From the NCBI GenBank assembly GCA_964016885.1, contig OZ024743.1, forward strand, positions 288,920,001 to 288,984,000: a stretch of DNA of 64,000 bases. Reading direction: 5' to 3'. Shown piece after piece: positions 23,219 to 37,974 of the stretch (position 1 is its first letter; each line of letters begins with the position of its first letter). The notes below the pieces were generated by a model. The model saw nothing but the letters and a program-made list of their open reading frames with translations. It was not told the DNA's origin and made no database searches. The position numbers were made by a program, and so were the translations under genes. The DNA comes from Eledone cirrhosa. Taxonomy: Eukaryota.

Positions 23219-23397
23219 CCTGTGCTCTCGCAGGTACAGACATACACACACACAAATATATATGAAGCGTTGTTCGTGGTCCGGCGAGCGAAACCACCAC
23301 AAATCATTTTTTTCCTCGACACCTGTTTTGGTAAATAGTTGGTATAGCAATTAGTAAAATCAAAATGGAGTGCCCTCCGTTGGTGATTTTCTAATTG

Positions 23398-23446
<49 letters not shown>

Positions 23447-25184
23447 TATATATAAATGATTATAATGAAGAATTCTTCTATTACCTTTGGTATGGTGAAA
23501 GAAGCCCAATCTATCTATATACTACTAAAACTCTGATCTTGCGTGCTTGCTTGCCTGTTATGTAATACAGCCAAAAGGGCGCATAATGGGTAAATACTTT
23601 GAAAGCAGGTTGCCTCTGAAATGGGAATACAAATTGAATAAAACAAGTTTCGCGAAAATCTGACCCCGGGTCCCGAGATTCGCGGGTTTTGGGGGTACCT
23701 TCGTAAATAGCCACAACGGTGCATACTGGGAAAATACCTCGAAATTAACATAACCCTGCAAAACTTCGTAAATAGCCAAAAAATTGCATAATAAGAAAAT
23801 ACTCTGAATAAAACAAATTTGGCGTATATCGCTCATGGACAATATTTTCAATTTTCTAAAAATAGCAAGGAATTCATTTAAATTCAATTTATCTTATTTT
23901 ATAATGAATATCGAAAGAAATAATCCATTTGCTTTTTGGTTGTCCATTCTGTAGGTAAGAGAGACAGTGAGGGGTGAAAGAGAGAAAGAGAGAGAGGGGT
24001 GAGAGAGAGAAAGAGAAAGTGAGGGTGAGAGAGAGAAAGAGAGAGAGAGTGAGGGGATGAGAGAGAAAATAAAGAGATAAGAGAGAGAGAGAAGGGGGAT
24101 GACAGATAGGGAAAGAGACAACGTCCTTAATTTTTATTTAGTTTAAGCCCCCCTCTATCCCTATTTCCTTCTCTCTCTATCATAGTTCTACTGCCACCGT
24201 GTGTATCTGTATGTGTATGTGTGCCAGTGCATGTGTTTACGTACTTAAAGACATGTGTGTATGTATGTGTAACAGTACTTAAGTTAGAGACATATATATA
24301 TATATATTTGTGTGTGTGTGTTTGTGTGTGTGTGTGTAGGATACCTTCGTAAATAGTCAAAGCGATGCATAATGGAAAAAATAGCCTTGTAAGTGATATA
24401 ACCCTGAAATGGTAATAAAACAAGTTTGACGTAAATCGACATAAACTATTTTCATCATTCGAGAAATATTTTTAATAATTATTAAAAAAAGATTTTTCAG
24501 TGATTTCTCAGTGAATATGATTTCAAAACTATAAGTCATTTGTACTTCAAGTATCTATATTTGAACTTTCTTTAAACAGACAATATCTTAATTATCAGAG
24601 AAACATTAAGTGAATATAACTGAAAAATACCAGTTGGTTTTAAACAGTAGGTGTTTATATTTTTGCTTTTATTAAAAAGAATATTTCAATTATTTAGAAA
24701 TATTTTAAAGTGAATTTGATTTCACAAATAGCTTTATTTACATAGACAATATCTTCATTTTTTAAACACTATTTTCGAATGAACACGATGGAAAAAATAT
24801 TTCTTGGCGTATTTAAAAAATATTCTTAAGTAAAAATGACTTAAAAAATACAAATTATTTGTACACTGAGTATATATATTTCAGCTCTCTTTAAACAGAA
24901 TATTTTAATTATTAATAAGTATTTTTTAAGTGAATATGATTTGAAAAATACGAGTTGTTTAAACAGACAATATTTTCATTATTTAGAAATATTTCTAAAT
25001 GATGATTTTATAAAAATATTTGTTGAGGTAATAGGAACTTTTTCTAAGGTGAATACGATTTTCGATTCTTAAATTATGCCTCGACGAGGAAGAAAGAAAA
25101 CATCTGGTTGGTCTATCGATAGTGGAAATAAAGCACGGAAAAGGAGAGCTGAAGAAGGTGAGCAAGATAGTGGTCAACGCCAAC

Positions 25185-25380
25185 AAGAGGGAAAGAGACA
25201 GAAGCAGGAAAGATCATGAATCGGGTGGTCGGAGAGCTGCGCGTCTGGCGGAACAGAGGGAAAGAGACAGAAGCAAGAGAGATCATGAATCGGATGGTCG
25301 GAGAGCTGCGCGTCTGGCGGAACAGAGGGAAAGAGACAGAAGCAGGAGAGATCATGAATCGGACGCTCGGAGAACTGAAC
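25185..25380 (+). repeat. 69-bp (23-aa) coding tandem repeat in the Helitron N-terminus
   Basis: gaaagagacagaagca at 25191, 25260 and 25329. Confidence 0.85.
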
Positions 25381-28300
25381 GTCTTTGTCAACAAACCATT
25401 AGGGATAGAGCAAGAACAGTTCAACGACGTGACCTCTCTGATGATGTTGGACAGATGAATAAGATCTGTGTCTGTTGTCATGCAATGCTTTTTCATGGTG
25501 AAACTGCTAACTTTTGCTGTATGAATGGAAAAGTCAGGTTGAGGAATCTGCAGCCTTTACCCCCAGGAACTTCACAGTTTATTTAGTACTGATCAACCTA
25601 GGGCAAACGAGTTCAGGAAGAACATCAGACAATACAACTGCCTGTTCCAAATGACATATTTTGGGGCCGAAGAAGTTCGTCCCTCAAGGAGTGGATGGAA
25701 TCCTTCTATCGTTATTCATGGTCAAATTCACCATTACATCGCTAATCCCTAATCCCTAATCCCAACGAACAACCCCAATTTCTTCAAATTTACTTCTTGG
25801 ATCCTCGGGATAGTGTTGATTTGAGGATCAGGATACTCAATAACGATGGCATTCAGCGTTAAATAGTTGAATTATTAAAAATAATACTCAGACAATATAA
25901 CCCTTACGTTGCTTCATTTCGAATGGCAAAAGAACAAATTAAAAATATTCCCGAAGCTTCGATTATTATTGATCCTGATAGGAGACCAGTAATGGAACAT
26001 AAGAGAAGATTCAATGCACAAACTGAAAACGAAGTTGCCGTTATTATACAAAACAGCACCGAACTTCAAGCAAAACCACGGCACATTGTGTTGAAAGAAA
26101 AAAGCGGACAATTGCAAATAATCTCAGAGTCCCATCGGTCCTATGACATTTTGCAGTATGTTCTATTTTTTCCTTTTGGCGATGACGGATGGCATCATGA
26201 GTTGTTAATGAGCAACAACAAGGAATTGACGCCAATGCGCTACTATGCCTATCGAATAATGAACCATGAGAATGAATTCAACCAACTTCTTAGAGGGGGT
26301 CGTTTATTTCAGCAATATTTGGTCGACATGGTTGCGAAGATTGAAGGAGATAGACTGCAATACATCCGGATGAATCAAACATCATTACGATCTACAACAT
26401 ACAAGGGCCTTACTGACGCATTGAATGATGATGACGATTTTCGAAATATTGGCAGGCGAATCATACTCTCTTCCACATTTGTCGGTGGACCGAGATATAT
26501 GATGGAGCGATGCCAGGATGCCATGATGTACATACGGAAGTACGGCAATCCTTCGTTCTTCATCACAATGACATGCAATCGAAACTGGCCCGAAATCCGG
26601 CAAAATCTATTCCCGAATCAGAAGCCACATGACAGGCCAGATTTAATTGCCAGAGTATTTGACCTGAAGCGGAAACTGTTAAGAAAGTATCTTACTGGAG
26701 TAGATGGCCTATTTGGCAAGTGCATTGCTTACGTGCTGACAGTTGAATATCAAAAGCGAGGTCTTCCTCGTGTGCACTGTTTGCTATGGCTCAATGAAGC
26801 TTCCAAGCCCAGACCGCAGGAATATGATAAATTTGTTCAAGCCGAAATACCAGATCCAAACAAAGATCCAGAGTGTCATGAATTGGTGCTGAAGCACATG
26901 ATCCACGGTCCGAATTGCTCTAACAATTCGCCGTATAGGAAAGATGGAACGTGCAGTAAGCGGTACCCTAAGCCTTTCAATGAATATATATTGTGTGGTG
27001 AGGACTCTTATCCTGTGTACAGAAGACGGTCTCCAGGAATGGGAGGATTTGAGGGGCACCAAGAAGGAAGGGGAAGCCGAAATATAACTTCGGAATGGGT
27101 GGTTCCCTACAATATGAAACTATTAAAACTGTTCAACTGCCACCTAAACATAGAGATGTGCTCTTCCGTGAAATCGATCAAATACGTTATCAAATATACC
27201 ATGAAGGGCAGTGTTCAGGCAATGTTTGGAGTGAACAGTGAAGATGAGATAATACAGTATTTAACAGGAAGATATATCGGTCCTTCAGAAGCTGTTGCCT
27301 TGATACTTGGATTTCCAATTCATGAGAGAGAACTGGCCGTAGTTCGCCTTCAAGTTCATCTACCCCCGGAAAATCAAATCTTCTTTCGGGTCAATGCTTC
27401 TGTATTTTGAAGACAAACTTAACGACCTGGGCAAAAGTCTTATAATAATGTTGCTAATCAGGATATTGGCAATTTGGAGTTATTGCAATACAGCAGAGAA
27501 GAGCAGCGACGATTTGTAGAAGAGACGAAGCCTCTATTGAATAGTGAACAAAAACACACGTACAACTTCGTTTGTAACAGTTTAGAGAAGAACACATCTG
27601 CATTGATTTTCATTGACGCTCCAGGTGGAACAGGAAAGACATTCCTGATTAACTTAATTATTTCAAAAGTCAGGTGAAACGGTGACGTGACTATTGCTGT
27701 TGCGTCATCTCGCATTGCCGCAACACTGATGCATGGGGGAAGAACAGCGCATTCTAGATTCAAAATACCGATAGTAGTGAAAGAAAATGGTCTGTACAAC
27801 ATTGATAAAAACTCAAAGACGGCAAACCTCTTCCAGCATACAAGGCTGATTGTTTGGGATGAGTGTCCTATGATTCAGAGAGAAAGCTTCGAAGCTGTTG
27901 ACCTCACTCTGCGTGACATATGCGACAACAACGAGGCATTCGGTGGAATTTTGACAATTTGCTGTGGCGATTTCCGTCAGCTTCTTCGGGCAGTGAAAAG
28001 GGGAAATGAAGCGGACGTGCAAAACGCCTGCATTAAAAAATCCTACTTATGGCGAAGCTTCAAAAGATTTCAGTTGAAGACAAACATGCGATTGGGTGGG
28101 GGAGCAGGAGACTATTCACAGTTTCTATTGGATATTGGAGAAGATAAGATAAAAATAACTGAAAATGAGGAAATTATTTTACCAAAAGAAATGGTTCTCC
28201 AAGCAACTACTATGGAAGAATGTATTAATTTCATCTACCCCTCATTCGACAATCCAGCTGAAGTGTTTTCGAACAATTGCATCTTAGCACCTCTCAATGG

Positions 28301-28617
28301 AATGATGAGAAGCATCAATTCCACCTGTATCAAACGCTTCCCTGGAACCATAAAAGAGTACCGATCCTATAATTCTGTGAGTGATGGTGTCAATGCCACT
28401 CATTTCCCAACTGAATTCTTGATTCGGTTGAACTATCAGGACTGCCACCACATAACTTGGAATTGAAAAAAGGATCGCCAATAAATCTTATGAGAAACTT
28501 GAATCCTCCAAGGATTTGTAATAGAACGCGCATGATCGTGGAAGAACTGCACGACTATTTCATAGTAGCAAGAATCAACACTGCTGCTTTCAGAAATGAG
28601 ATCGTTATGATACCTAG

Positions 28618-28772
28618 TCGGACGCCATGATTTCCAGCATAGTTACGTCCCTTTACGATCTGAGTTCAAATCTCGCCAAGGTTCACTTTGGCTTTCATCC
28701 TTACGGGGTCGATAAAATAAAGTACCAGTAATGTACTGGGTAATTGCTGTCCTTGTGCCTAAAATAGAAACA
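28618..28772 (+). mobile_element. 5'-truncated SINE inserted in the Helitron helicase
   Basis: 14-bp TSD gttatgatacctag (28604-28617 and 28773-28786); same family as 49688-49868. Confidence 0.85.
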
Positions 28773-30536
28773 GTTATGATACCTAGAATAAGAATTAATC
28801 TATCCGAAGGTGAGGATATCCCTTTGCAGCGAAGCCAATTCCCAGTTCAATCGTGCTTCGCTATGACTATTCATAAAGCACAAGGACAAACTATGGAAAA
28901 CGTCTTGATTTATCTGGAACGACCTGTATTCCAACACGGTCAACTGTATGTACCCCTTTGCCGCGGAAAACGAAAAGGAAATATCAGAGTGTTTCTGAAG
29001 TATACCCAGTTAACTAAGAATGTTGTCATCAAAAGCATTCTTTTGAACAAACTGTAACAGCTTAAATATGAGAAAATGTTGATTCCGACGTCAGAAAATG
29101 AAAGGAAAAGGAAAAACTAAGACAAGTAAGAATAATTTCTTTCAAATTTTCGTAAATAAAACCAACTTTTCATTAACATTGCAACTTTTTAAGCAGAAAA
29201 ATCTTTCAGAACAAACAGTCAAGCATCCATAGAGATATAGAAAAACGAATTTTGAAATGGACTGTTTGGATAGCTATTAGTGAAAAATGATTTGATATTT
29301 TCTTTGTGAAAATACTTGTGAATAATACAGTGAAAAGACAAGTTTCGCGTAAATCGGACCACGGGTTCCCGAGATACGCGGGGTTTTTTCGGGTACCTTT
29401 ATAAATAGCCAAATCAGCGCATAATGGGAAAATACTTTGAAAGTAAGGTACCATTGAAATGTGAATACAAACCCAGATAGTAGTTGTGAGAGAGAGAGAG
29501 GGGGAGAGAGCTGGTTGTGTTGTTGAATGAAATTATGACAGGTGACTTTAAAGATTCGAATACAGCATTACTGTATCTAATTTGAATTTGGTGACTGAAT
29601 ATTAAGTTATATGTATCTTATAACTTGTGTTAGGACAGGATATATGTGTATGTGTGTCTGTGATCAGTGTATATAGGCCACATACACCCACACATACACA
29701 CACATATATACATGTACATATACACACACACATACACGTATATATTATATATATTGGCTTTCCAATGTCATTTTACATTATATACATTTTGTGTATATTT
29801 TAATTATTTAAAAATTATTTTTAAGTGAACATGACCCAACGGGTGGTCTAGTGCACACTAAAACACCTCAGCGCATAAAGAGTTCCAAATGGACGAAATA
29901 TTCTTCGAAAGCTAACATTCTTGTTGTTGAAAACAGCACTGGTAGGAGAGCATTAATATTTAAAATGAAGAAAAAGCAAGGTTAACAACTTAAAGATTGT
30001 GTTTATAGGTTGAGATAAAAGGCATTTCTTCATCATTATTAATAATTCTATTATTATTTCTTGTAATAGTTGGAAAACATTCCTTAGTGGGTAAATAATA
30101 TGCATAAAAAGGAGTGTGAAAAACAGGAAGCGAATCAAAATTAGTTCAGAAGCCGCGGTAAGATTTTCGCGTAAATAGATATATATGTAGAAAACGGACG
30201 TAATTATCATTCATATTAATCATTTATATTAGTACCAATAAAAACGGAGAGACGGATTAGCTGAAAACCGGTGTCGTTGAATTTGGTGGTGATTTTCCTT
30301 AATGTAGCCAGTTACATTTCTGCCCTGAGTTACAGCATGAATAATTATATTACCTAGTGAAGGTAATGATCAAGGTTTATTTAGTGGTGTTGGTTTCGAA
30401 AGGTTTATACAGAATTAGTATATTAATATTAGGGATACCGTAAGTATAGTGGTGCTCGCATATGCGCGCGCGCGCACACACACACGCACGCACTCACGCA
30501 CGCACACACACACATACATACATATATATATATATA

Positions 30537-30783
30537 TATTAATAAAAGGAATTCCGACTTTGTCTGATTTACTCATTTTATTTATAATCCTTTAACATTT
30601 ATAATGGTATTAGAATGAAATAGTATGGTCGAATATTAAATGTTAAGTGTTAATTGAACAAGACAATTAACACTTAACATTTAATATTCAACCATACTAT
30701 TTCATTCTAATACTATTATAAATTTTAAAGGATTGGAAATAAAACGAGTAAATCAGACAAAGTTAGAATTCCTTTTATTAATA
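30537..30783. mobile_element. Family C fold-back element truncated at the HHR cleavage site
   Basis: ~120-bp inverted arms with several mismatches and a 7-nt loop at 30657-30663; homologous to the outer parts of 50350-50740. Confidence 0.8.
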
Positions 30784-30852
30784 TAATATTCTATACACAA
30801 TCATACACACCCGTGTATATTTATTTATATATCTATATCTATATATACATAT

Positions 30853-31023
<171 letters not shown>

Positions 31024-31031
31024 ATATATAC

Positions 31032-31063
<32 letters not shown>

Positions 31064-31391
31064 AAACATACATATATTTACGTATATAATATCATTTTAT
31101 CATTTTATTTTTTAACTATGCATTTGCGAAATTCGAAGGTATAATTTATTCAGACCAATTTGCTACGTGGAACCTTATAAGCAAATTCAGCTACAGAGTC
31201 TTAGTTGCTATCAAGTTGAGGTCGGTTTATTAGGTTTATAGTTGATGTACACCTATATTGCATGCAATTTCAGATTATATGGGTCAAGTACAGCCATAAT
31301 AATTTCAAAAAGGATATCTATACATACTCATACACACACATCCACGCGCATATATACATTGACAGTTATATGTATATAGCTATATATATAT

Positions 31392-31426
<35 letters not shown>

Positions 31427-31555
31427 GTAATAAGAATATTTATATTTATATATGTTTGATATAACTACAAATATGTAGGGTAGTACTAAGTACTAGCCGG
31501 TTACCGGTATGACAAAAGGCTCAATGCAAATTTTCAAGTGTATTACACAGCCGAG

Positions 31556-31767
31556 ATACAAAGTGTTAAAATTATCAAATTTTAGTTTAGAACATTTATT
31601 TGCTGACAGTTGTTTCTTCCAGAGAGAAGTCTGGAATCATCGGAGCATAAGGAATGTTGAAACATGTTTCAACATCCTTATGCTCCGATGATTCCAGACT
31701 TCTCTCTGGAAGAAACAACTGTCAGCAAATAAATGTTCTAAACTAAAATTTGATCATTTTAACACTT

Positions 31768-31772
<5 letters not shown>
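31556..31772. mobile_element. Family D fold-back HHR element
   Basis: Near-perfect palindrome centred on gaaacatgtttc. HHR (+) 31678-31732: tgct-CCGATGA-ttccaga(cttctc)tctggaa-GAAA-caactg-TC-agca. Confidence 0.8.
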
Positions 31773-31828
<56 letters not shown>

Positions 31829-32599
31829 TCGCACAACAATATGCATAAGTGTATATCTATATATGTGGAGATAATACATATTGAATGCGCGGAAATGTAT
31901 TCCAAGTTTATACAGGAAGAATGAAGAAGGGGATGGATGTTTGGACATAACTCTCCAAAGAATTATAAGATTAAAAAGAAATATATGTGCTCTATAAAGT
32001 CGAATGAATATGGTTTTACTGATTTATCATTGTAAAGACGTGTTGTTTACTTAAGGTTTAGTGGAAGAGGAAGGTATATATTATGATACTAATTGTTATA
32101 TTAAAGTACTAGGATTAAAGTTAGTATAGTAATTAGTAAAACGAAGTGGGCCCTCCATTTGCATTTTACTAATTAGTAAAATATAATGCCGTCTCCATGT
32201 CATGTCGTAGAAACTGTTGATGTCACTACGACCTGCCTAGGAGGTGTTGGATGAACGTACAAACATTGCGTACCATGAGACCTCAAAGGGGAGGGATCCT
32301 GCTGGGTCAGGTGGAACCGGCTGCTACTCTCACGACACGCCCAGGAATAACTGGGCGAAGAAGAAAAAGAAAAAAAAGAAGACAAGAAGACGCCGACTAT
32401 ACTAACTCTGTACTTAATCTTGCATCGAGTAATACTGCTGTAGATACCACGGACCATATATATATATATATTTTAGAGAGAGCTGGAATTTGCTGTGGAA
32501 ACAGGAAGAGCTTAGCCGTCGGACCCGCACTCTCCTCGGCCTCCGTACTACGAACTCCTCTCTCTCTCTCCTCCTCACACGCACATATATACATATACA

Positions 32600-32735
32600 T
32601 TTATTTACAACGGGTTTCCGGACATTTTCTGCCTACCAAATTTCATCCAGAAAGCATTGGTTCGCCGTGATGTGACCCAATCCGAAAACCTGTGGTTGCT
32701 AAACAAGTGCTTCACCATACAGCCAGGCGTGCGTC
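32600..32735 (-). mobile_element. Decayed tRNA-derived SINE fragment
   Basis: The minus strand begins cgcctggctgtatggtgaagcacttgttt (A-box-like); the body resembles octopus SINEs as I recall them. Confidence 0.5.
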
Positions 32736-34208
32736 CATATCGATTATAATTCTTCTGCTATTTCCACCTTTGGATCATTGTCAAAATTTACAGCTTTTAC
32801 ACTATACAGGTTTAGATTATTCTAATAAGTGAATGGTGTCAGATTTTCCCTTTGTGTGTGTCTGGTCTCGTTATTGTTGGTCAGTATCCCGAATGGTTAT
32901 TGGTCAAAAGCTACTGACCGCTTCTATACGTATTATTTATCGAGATTTATGTCACATAAATCAGTGTTTACTGTAAAAATATATTTAGTTTTAAATTAAG
33001 TCTGTCTACTATGATTCACAATCTCACCTTCTAATATAGAGCTAAATTCTATAATATATTAACAAATAATTTTCATTCTGTATGGCTTTCAGCGTGGTTT
33101 ACCCAACTCCTCATATTTTCGTTTTTCGTTTATTAGTGTTTATTATTTATAGTTAACTTTCTCAGTGAATTGCTTATGTTTGTTGTGCTACATACGATTT
33201 GCGAAAGTTTAGTGAGAAGAGTTCAGCGTCGTGTTTTATATCTTATCTTTTTTCATTTACCGCTTTTTATGTAAGTACACTTTCGTAAGAGAATAGTTGA
33301 GCTGTTTTCACTGCTGAATATGTTTCAATCCTAAAACGTGGGCATCATACGGTATTTCTATAGATTCATCTATTCATCCCTATCTTTTCGTATTACTAGT
33401 AACCTTGTATAGTTCCCGATTTTTACGTCCATATCACCTATTTCCTGTAATGCCCATTTGATGAAGCCAAATGTAGATGAACATTGTAAAGGTGGAGTTT
33501 GCTATATGCTTGTCGCACGTTGATATCTTTGATGAATTTAACTGATATTTGATTTATGTAGCATATTTCATATATACATATATTATTGTTAAGTGTATTT
33601 TGTTTTAGTGTTCTCATGCAGGGCAGCATTTGACATAGACTTACCATCATGATGGCATATTTAAACAGCAAATATTCCAGTTTTAGTGGAATATTTAGTA
33701 ATATAGTCTAATTGATTGCTAATATTGTTAATGCAGGATATTCTAAATTTGGGGCATCTATTTCTAATTTTTTTGTTTTGGCAGCAGGGGTTATGCTAAT
33801 GACCTTAACGAGAGAACAATGAACAAAACTGGTAAACTATTGCGCTGCAGGATATCTTTGTTTGTAATGTATTATGTTAGGTTTAATTGTGTGTTTATAA
33901 CTTCTTAAAAGTAAAGTAGTGTGCTGTTTCTTAGGTGCTGAAGTATAATTTCAGGTAACTCTGTGACTTTGACTAGTTGTAAAACTTTGATAATCCAACT
34001 ATGTGGTGGGTTTGTAATAAAGCCTTTACTCGATCGTTTGGCTTGTAAGGAATTCTAGCTCTATTTTCTTCTGTTACTGCTATACAGTGTACACTTGTAA
34101 ACTGATACTAAATATAATGTTCCAGAAAAGAAAGTGGGATGGTCGCAGCTACAATTCCAGGTAAATTGTCAACATCTCTCACTCTTTCTCTCTTTCTCTC
34201 TTTCTCCC

Positions 34209-34240
<32 letters not shown>

Positions 34241-35444
34241 CCTCCGTCTCTCTACATGTGAGAACGCCGTTAAAGTAAGACAGAACCTGTGACAATGTCT
34301 GAACCGGATATTAAAACGCCTACAAAGGTATGTGCAACAGAAACCTTTCTAAATATTCACAACAAACTACACCATTTATAAATAATCCAAAATTGCAGGA
34401 ACAATAACAACGAGAAACACAACGATAAAAAACGAAACAGTACTGTTATCTCCGTCACAATACAGAACCTGTTTTAAAAATAAACATTTCCTACAGAAAA
34501 TAAACTTTGTAAATATGATGGGAAAATCTGAAATTTTAGAATTCAACACAAATGACACTAAAAACATAGAACGAAAATATTTTATCATCACTCAGGTTAT
34601 TTCTATAGTAATTCGGGACGTATTCTTAATTCCAGAACAATAAACACCCATCGTTGCAAATCATGAAATTAAATAAGAATGACCCTTTACCAACGGGTGT
34701 CATTTGAAGTACAGTAAATATGTATAATCAATGAATATATATTAAAGAAAACATTCGTAAACTAATTGAAATTATACCAACTTACAATGTAGACATTCAA
34801 AATAAAAACCATTAAGAAGAACACATTAATACAATAAGTATGTATATGATATTAACATCCAAATAAACATTCCACAGGATAACAACCCTAACCTTATCAC
34901 TCTCAGAAACAGAATCATTGAGGTGGACATCAATAGCACAACAGATCCTAGTTTTCAAATATTACAAATAGCAAGAGAATTGAGATATCATTGAAACTAG
35001 TCACTAAACATATATATCTCATTAAGTCAACTAAAACCCCTCCCTTTCTAAGACTTCATTTTTTTTTTGTCTCCCACACGTAGTTACAATGAACACTTCG
35101 CAAACAATTCACCCTCCTTGTACCAATTATCAACACAAAATAATAATGGAGAACACAACGAAATGTTTACAAACTTAACACCAAAGGACAAAAACAAAAA
35201 GGATAACAAAACAAAAAATTTCAATAGAACGAGTATAACAAAAACGAAATCGAGTTTTGTTCAGAATTCAACATCACTGTAAACAACAACAGAGACACTA
35301 CAGTACACACAATTAAAAACTGATTTTAGATGCAATTAAAAAACATATTCTAGTTGGCAAAATGAAGAAAAACAATCCCAATCACGCAAAAGTATTAGTC
35401 AACATCATAAAATGAGAAACAGCATAAAAAATCCATCAAAAACA

Positions 35445-35640
35445 CATGGCTTAGGTGTTAGGGAGTTCGATTCACAATTGTGAGGTTATAAATTCAATTA
35501 CGGGGCTTGGCGATGCGGTGTGATCTTGAGCAAGCTAATTTATTTAACGTTGCTCCTTATGTCACGGAAAAATAACATTGTACACTTGATCCGATTCGAC
35601 GAATTCCAACCCACTCGGTAAGCGAGTGATGTCTGGGATC
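35445..35640 (+). mobile_element. Decayed tRNA-derived SINE
   Basis: atggcttaggtgttaggg...gattcacaattgtgaggtt...cttgagcaag, similar to 40299-40430. Confidence 0.5.
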
Positions 35641-37064
35641 TTTGTCGATTGATTCCTATATATATATATACATGGACCGTAAGTTCTGATGGATTTAGGA
35701 ACTTTAAACTTGGCAAAGACTATTCCTTCTGCAAACCCAATTTCTTCCTGAGAAAATAAGAGAAAAGTAAAAAAAGATATGAAGAGAATAATCAGCCCCA
35801 TTACTTGTACTTTCTTATTGACCTAGAAATAATGCAAATCAAAGTTGTCCTCGACAGGATTTAAATCCTGAGGGCACAAGGAGTTGAACGAATACCACCT
35901 AGAAATCTGTCCGAATATCTAACGACTCTGCAAATTCACCGCTTGCAAATTGATATATATATTTATGCTCTGAGGAGATAATCCAAATGTTATTCGCCAA
36001 GGAACAATTATTAAATAAAAAGGATGAACTCGTGGCCTCGTGCAAACACCAGATTTATAAAATATACTTCACGATCCAGGAGGGTAAGACATTTTCCCAA
36101 CATTCACTGTACATACAGACAATGCAACATACACCCTAAGTTATCACAGTACATTCGCACACAATATTATGCATCCACACTAGCAAATATATACCTAGCA
36201 TATACGCACATAGCATATACGCACAACCGAGCAGAACTACACACAAATTTCAAGAGCAGATTCTAATAGCGCCCAGAAATAAACATAGAACTAACGCTCC
36301 CACACAAACGTGCAAAACTCCGCACAAACGTCACCAGCAGACCTCACTAGCAACCAGAAATACAGACACAACTGGCTGTTATTGAAGCACTTGAGCCGAG
36401 AATGTCACACCGAAACACACATACCACACTTTGACGAAACAAAATTAATAGCACATGCAACCAGTACATAAGCAACTTACCTTGCACCTACCTAAGCTGC
36501 ACCTCCAACCCTTCAGCCACATACATTTACTCCTAAATAGGTACGTACCACAACGTTTTTTCCGATAGCAGCATTAAAATGACAACTCATATCCTAGCAC
36601 ACCATTACAGAAATATTAAAATTTAATTGCACACTGACAGCCCCGTGACCTTCCGTGTACACAACATACGCATCCAAGACAAACATAGGCCCATTATATT
36701 GCATAATAAATAGTAATAAATAGTAAACAACTCCACTTATTCCATCACCATATCTCCGAAGTACCACGAAATGTGGATATTTTAAGTAAATCAAATCCAT
36801 AATCCTCACCGTAATTTATGGTAATTTAAGTGCTAGCTTATTTACTAGTAAATAAACTTGAACCAAAAAATCCACTAGATTTTACATTAATAGCACCGGC
36901 TGTTCCTTGTTTATATTTTCAGTAACTAACAAAGACGTCGCCACTTCGTTGACAGATACATTTAATTTGCCAATCGGCGAATTTGAACTGTACTTTGGTT
37001 AGGGTGGTCTGCTGCTAGGTCTGACGCCAATTCTATAGACAGGTTGGGCTGATTCCTTATAATA

Positions 37065-37272
37065 TGTGGTTTCAGTTATACATACATATACCCGCTAATT
37101 CCCCCAACACGCACCTGCCACATATTAACACATAAAAATACAACCCTACTAACCCAAGTATCGATTACTATGTTGAATAATGATCTTCCCAGTTTCAAAC
37201 TAAATCCATCCTGATTTCTCTCTCTCTCTCTTTCTCTCTCTCTCCTATATATATATATATATATATATATAT

Positions 37273-37310
<38 letters not shown>

Positions 37311-37446
37311 TGTTCGGCAGACCAGTAGGTCTGAAGAAGTTTGATTTCCCTAAATTGTGTTGTGGTTTCAGTTATACATACATATACCCGCTAATTCCCC
37401 CAACGCGCACCTGCCACATATATACACATAAAAATAGAACCCTACA
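37065..37446 (+). repeat. ~85-bp direct repeat (37065-37149 and 37361-37446)
   Basis: tgtggtttcagttatacatacatatacccgctaattcccccaac...ccctac occurs twice. Confidence 0.8.
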
Positions 37447-37860
37447 CAGTCACACACACATATATTACATCTATTGAGTTCATGGTATCTAACACGTTCA
37501 GCATTGATATTTCGTCGAATAAGCTCTCCCTTATATCACTACACTAACACACTTTCTCTCTTTACATTTCTTCCTAGTAACTATTTCCTTCCACTCTCTC
37601 CGGAGCCCCACTTCAAATATTTCCTTCTCTGCGATCTTTCTGTTCCTCTTTTCACATCATCTCTATTTTTTTTTATATATCCTCACTCCTTTGTAGACCC
37701 CACCTCCTTAACTGTGCATCACTTTCACTCAAACGTTTCACCCCTCCTTCGTTTCTGGCTTATATATCTTTCTCTCACCCCTTTCTCTCTATGTATATCT
37801 CTATTCATCTGTCAATATCATCTCCATTTCTCCCTATCCACCGCTAACTCCCATTATACA

Positions 37861-37974
<114 letters not shown>

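Larger units (their letters stand above)
25122..29057 (+). pseudogene. Helitron Rep (HUH) plus Pif1-like helicase, disrupted
   Basis: CVCCHAMLF...FCCMNGKV; FFITMTCN; VEYQKRGLPRVHCLLW; KYVIKY; DAPGGTGKT; GRTAHSRF; IVWDE; GDFRQL; FAMTIHKAQGQT; FQHGQLYV. Contains stops, frameshifts and a SINE insertion. Confidence 0.92.
23510..29851 (+). mobile_element. Helitron (decayed autonomous copy)
   Basis: 5' A|TCTATCTATATACTACTAAAA; 3' hairpin accc-aac-gggt followed by CTAG|T (29848-29852); internal Rep-helicase coding sequence. Confidence 0.85.

Noticed and set aside
32200-32460. Possible RTE-like 5' fragment (NVQTL)
   Set aside because: Too short and degenerate to call.
32750-36980. Host exons or another element in this unique-looking AT-rich stretch
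   Set aside because: No recognisable ORF, domain or terminal structure; small exons cannot be excluded without transcript data.
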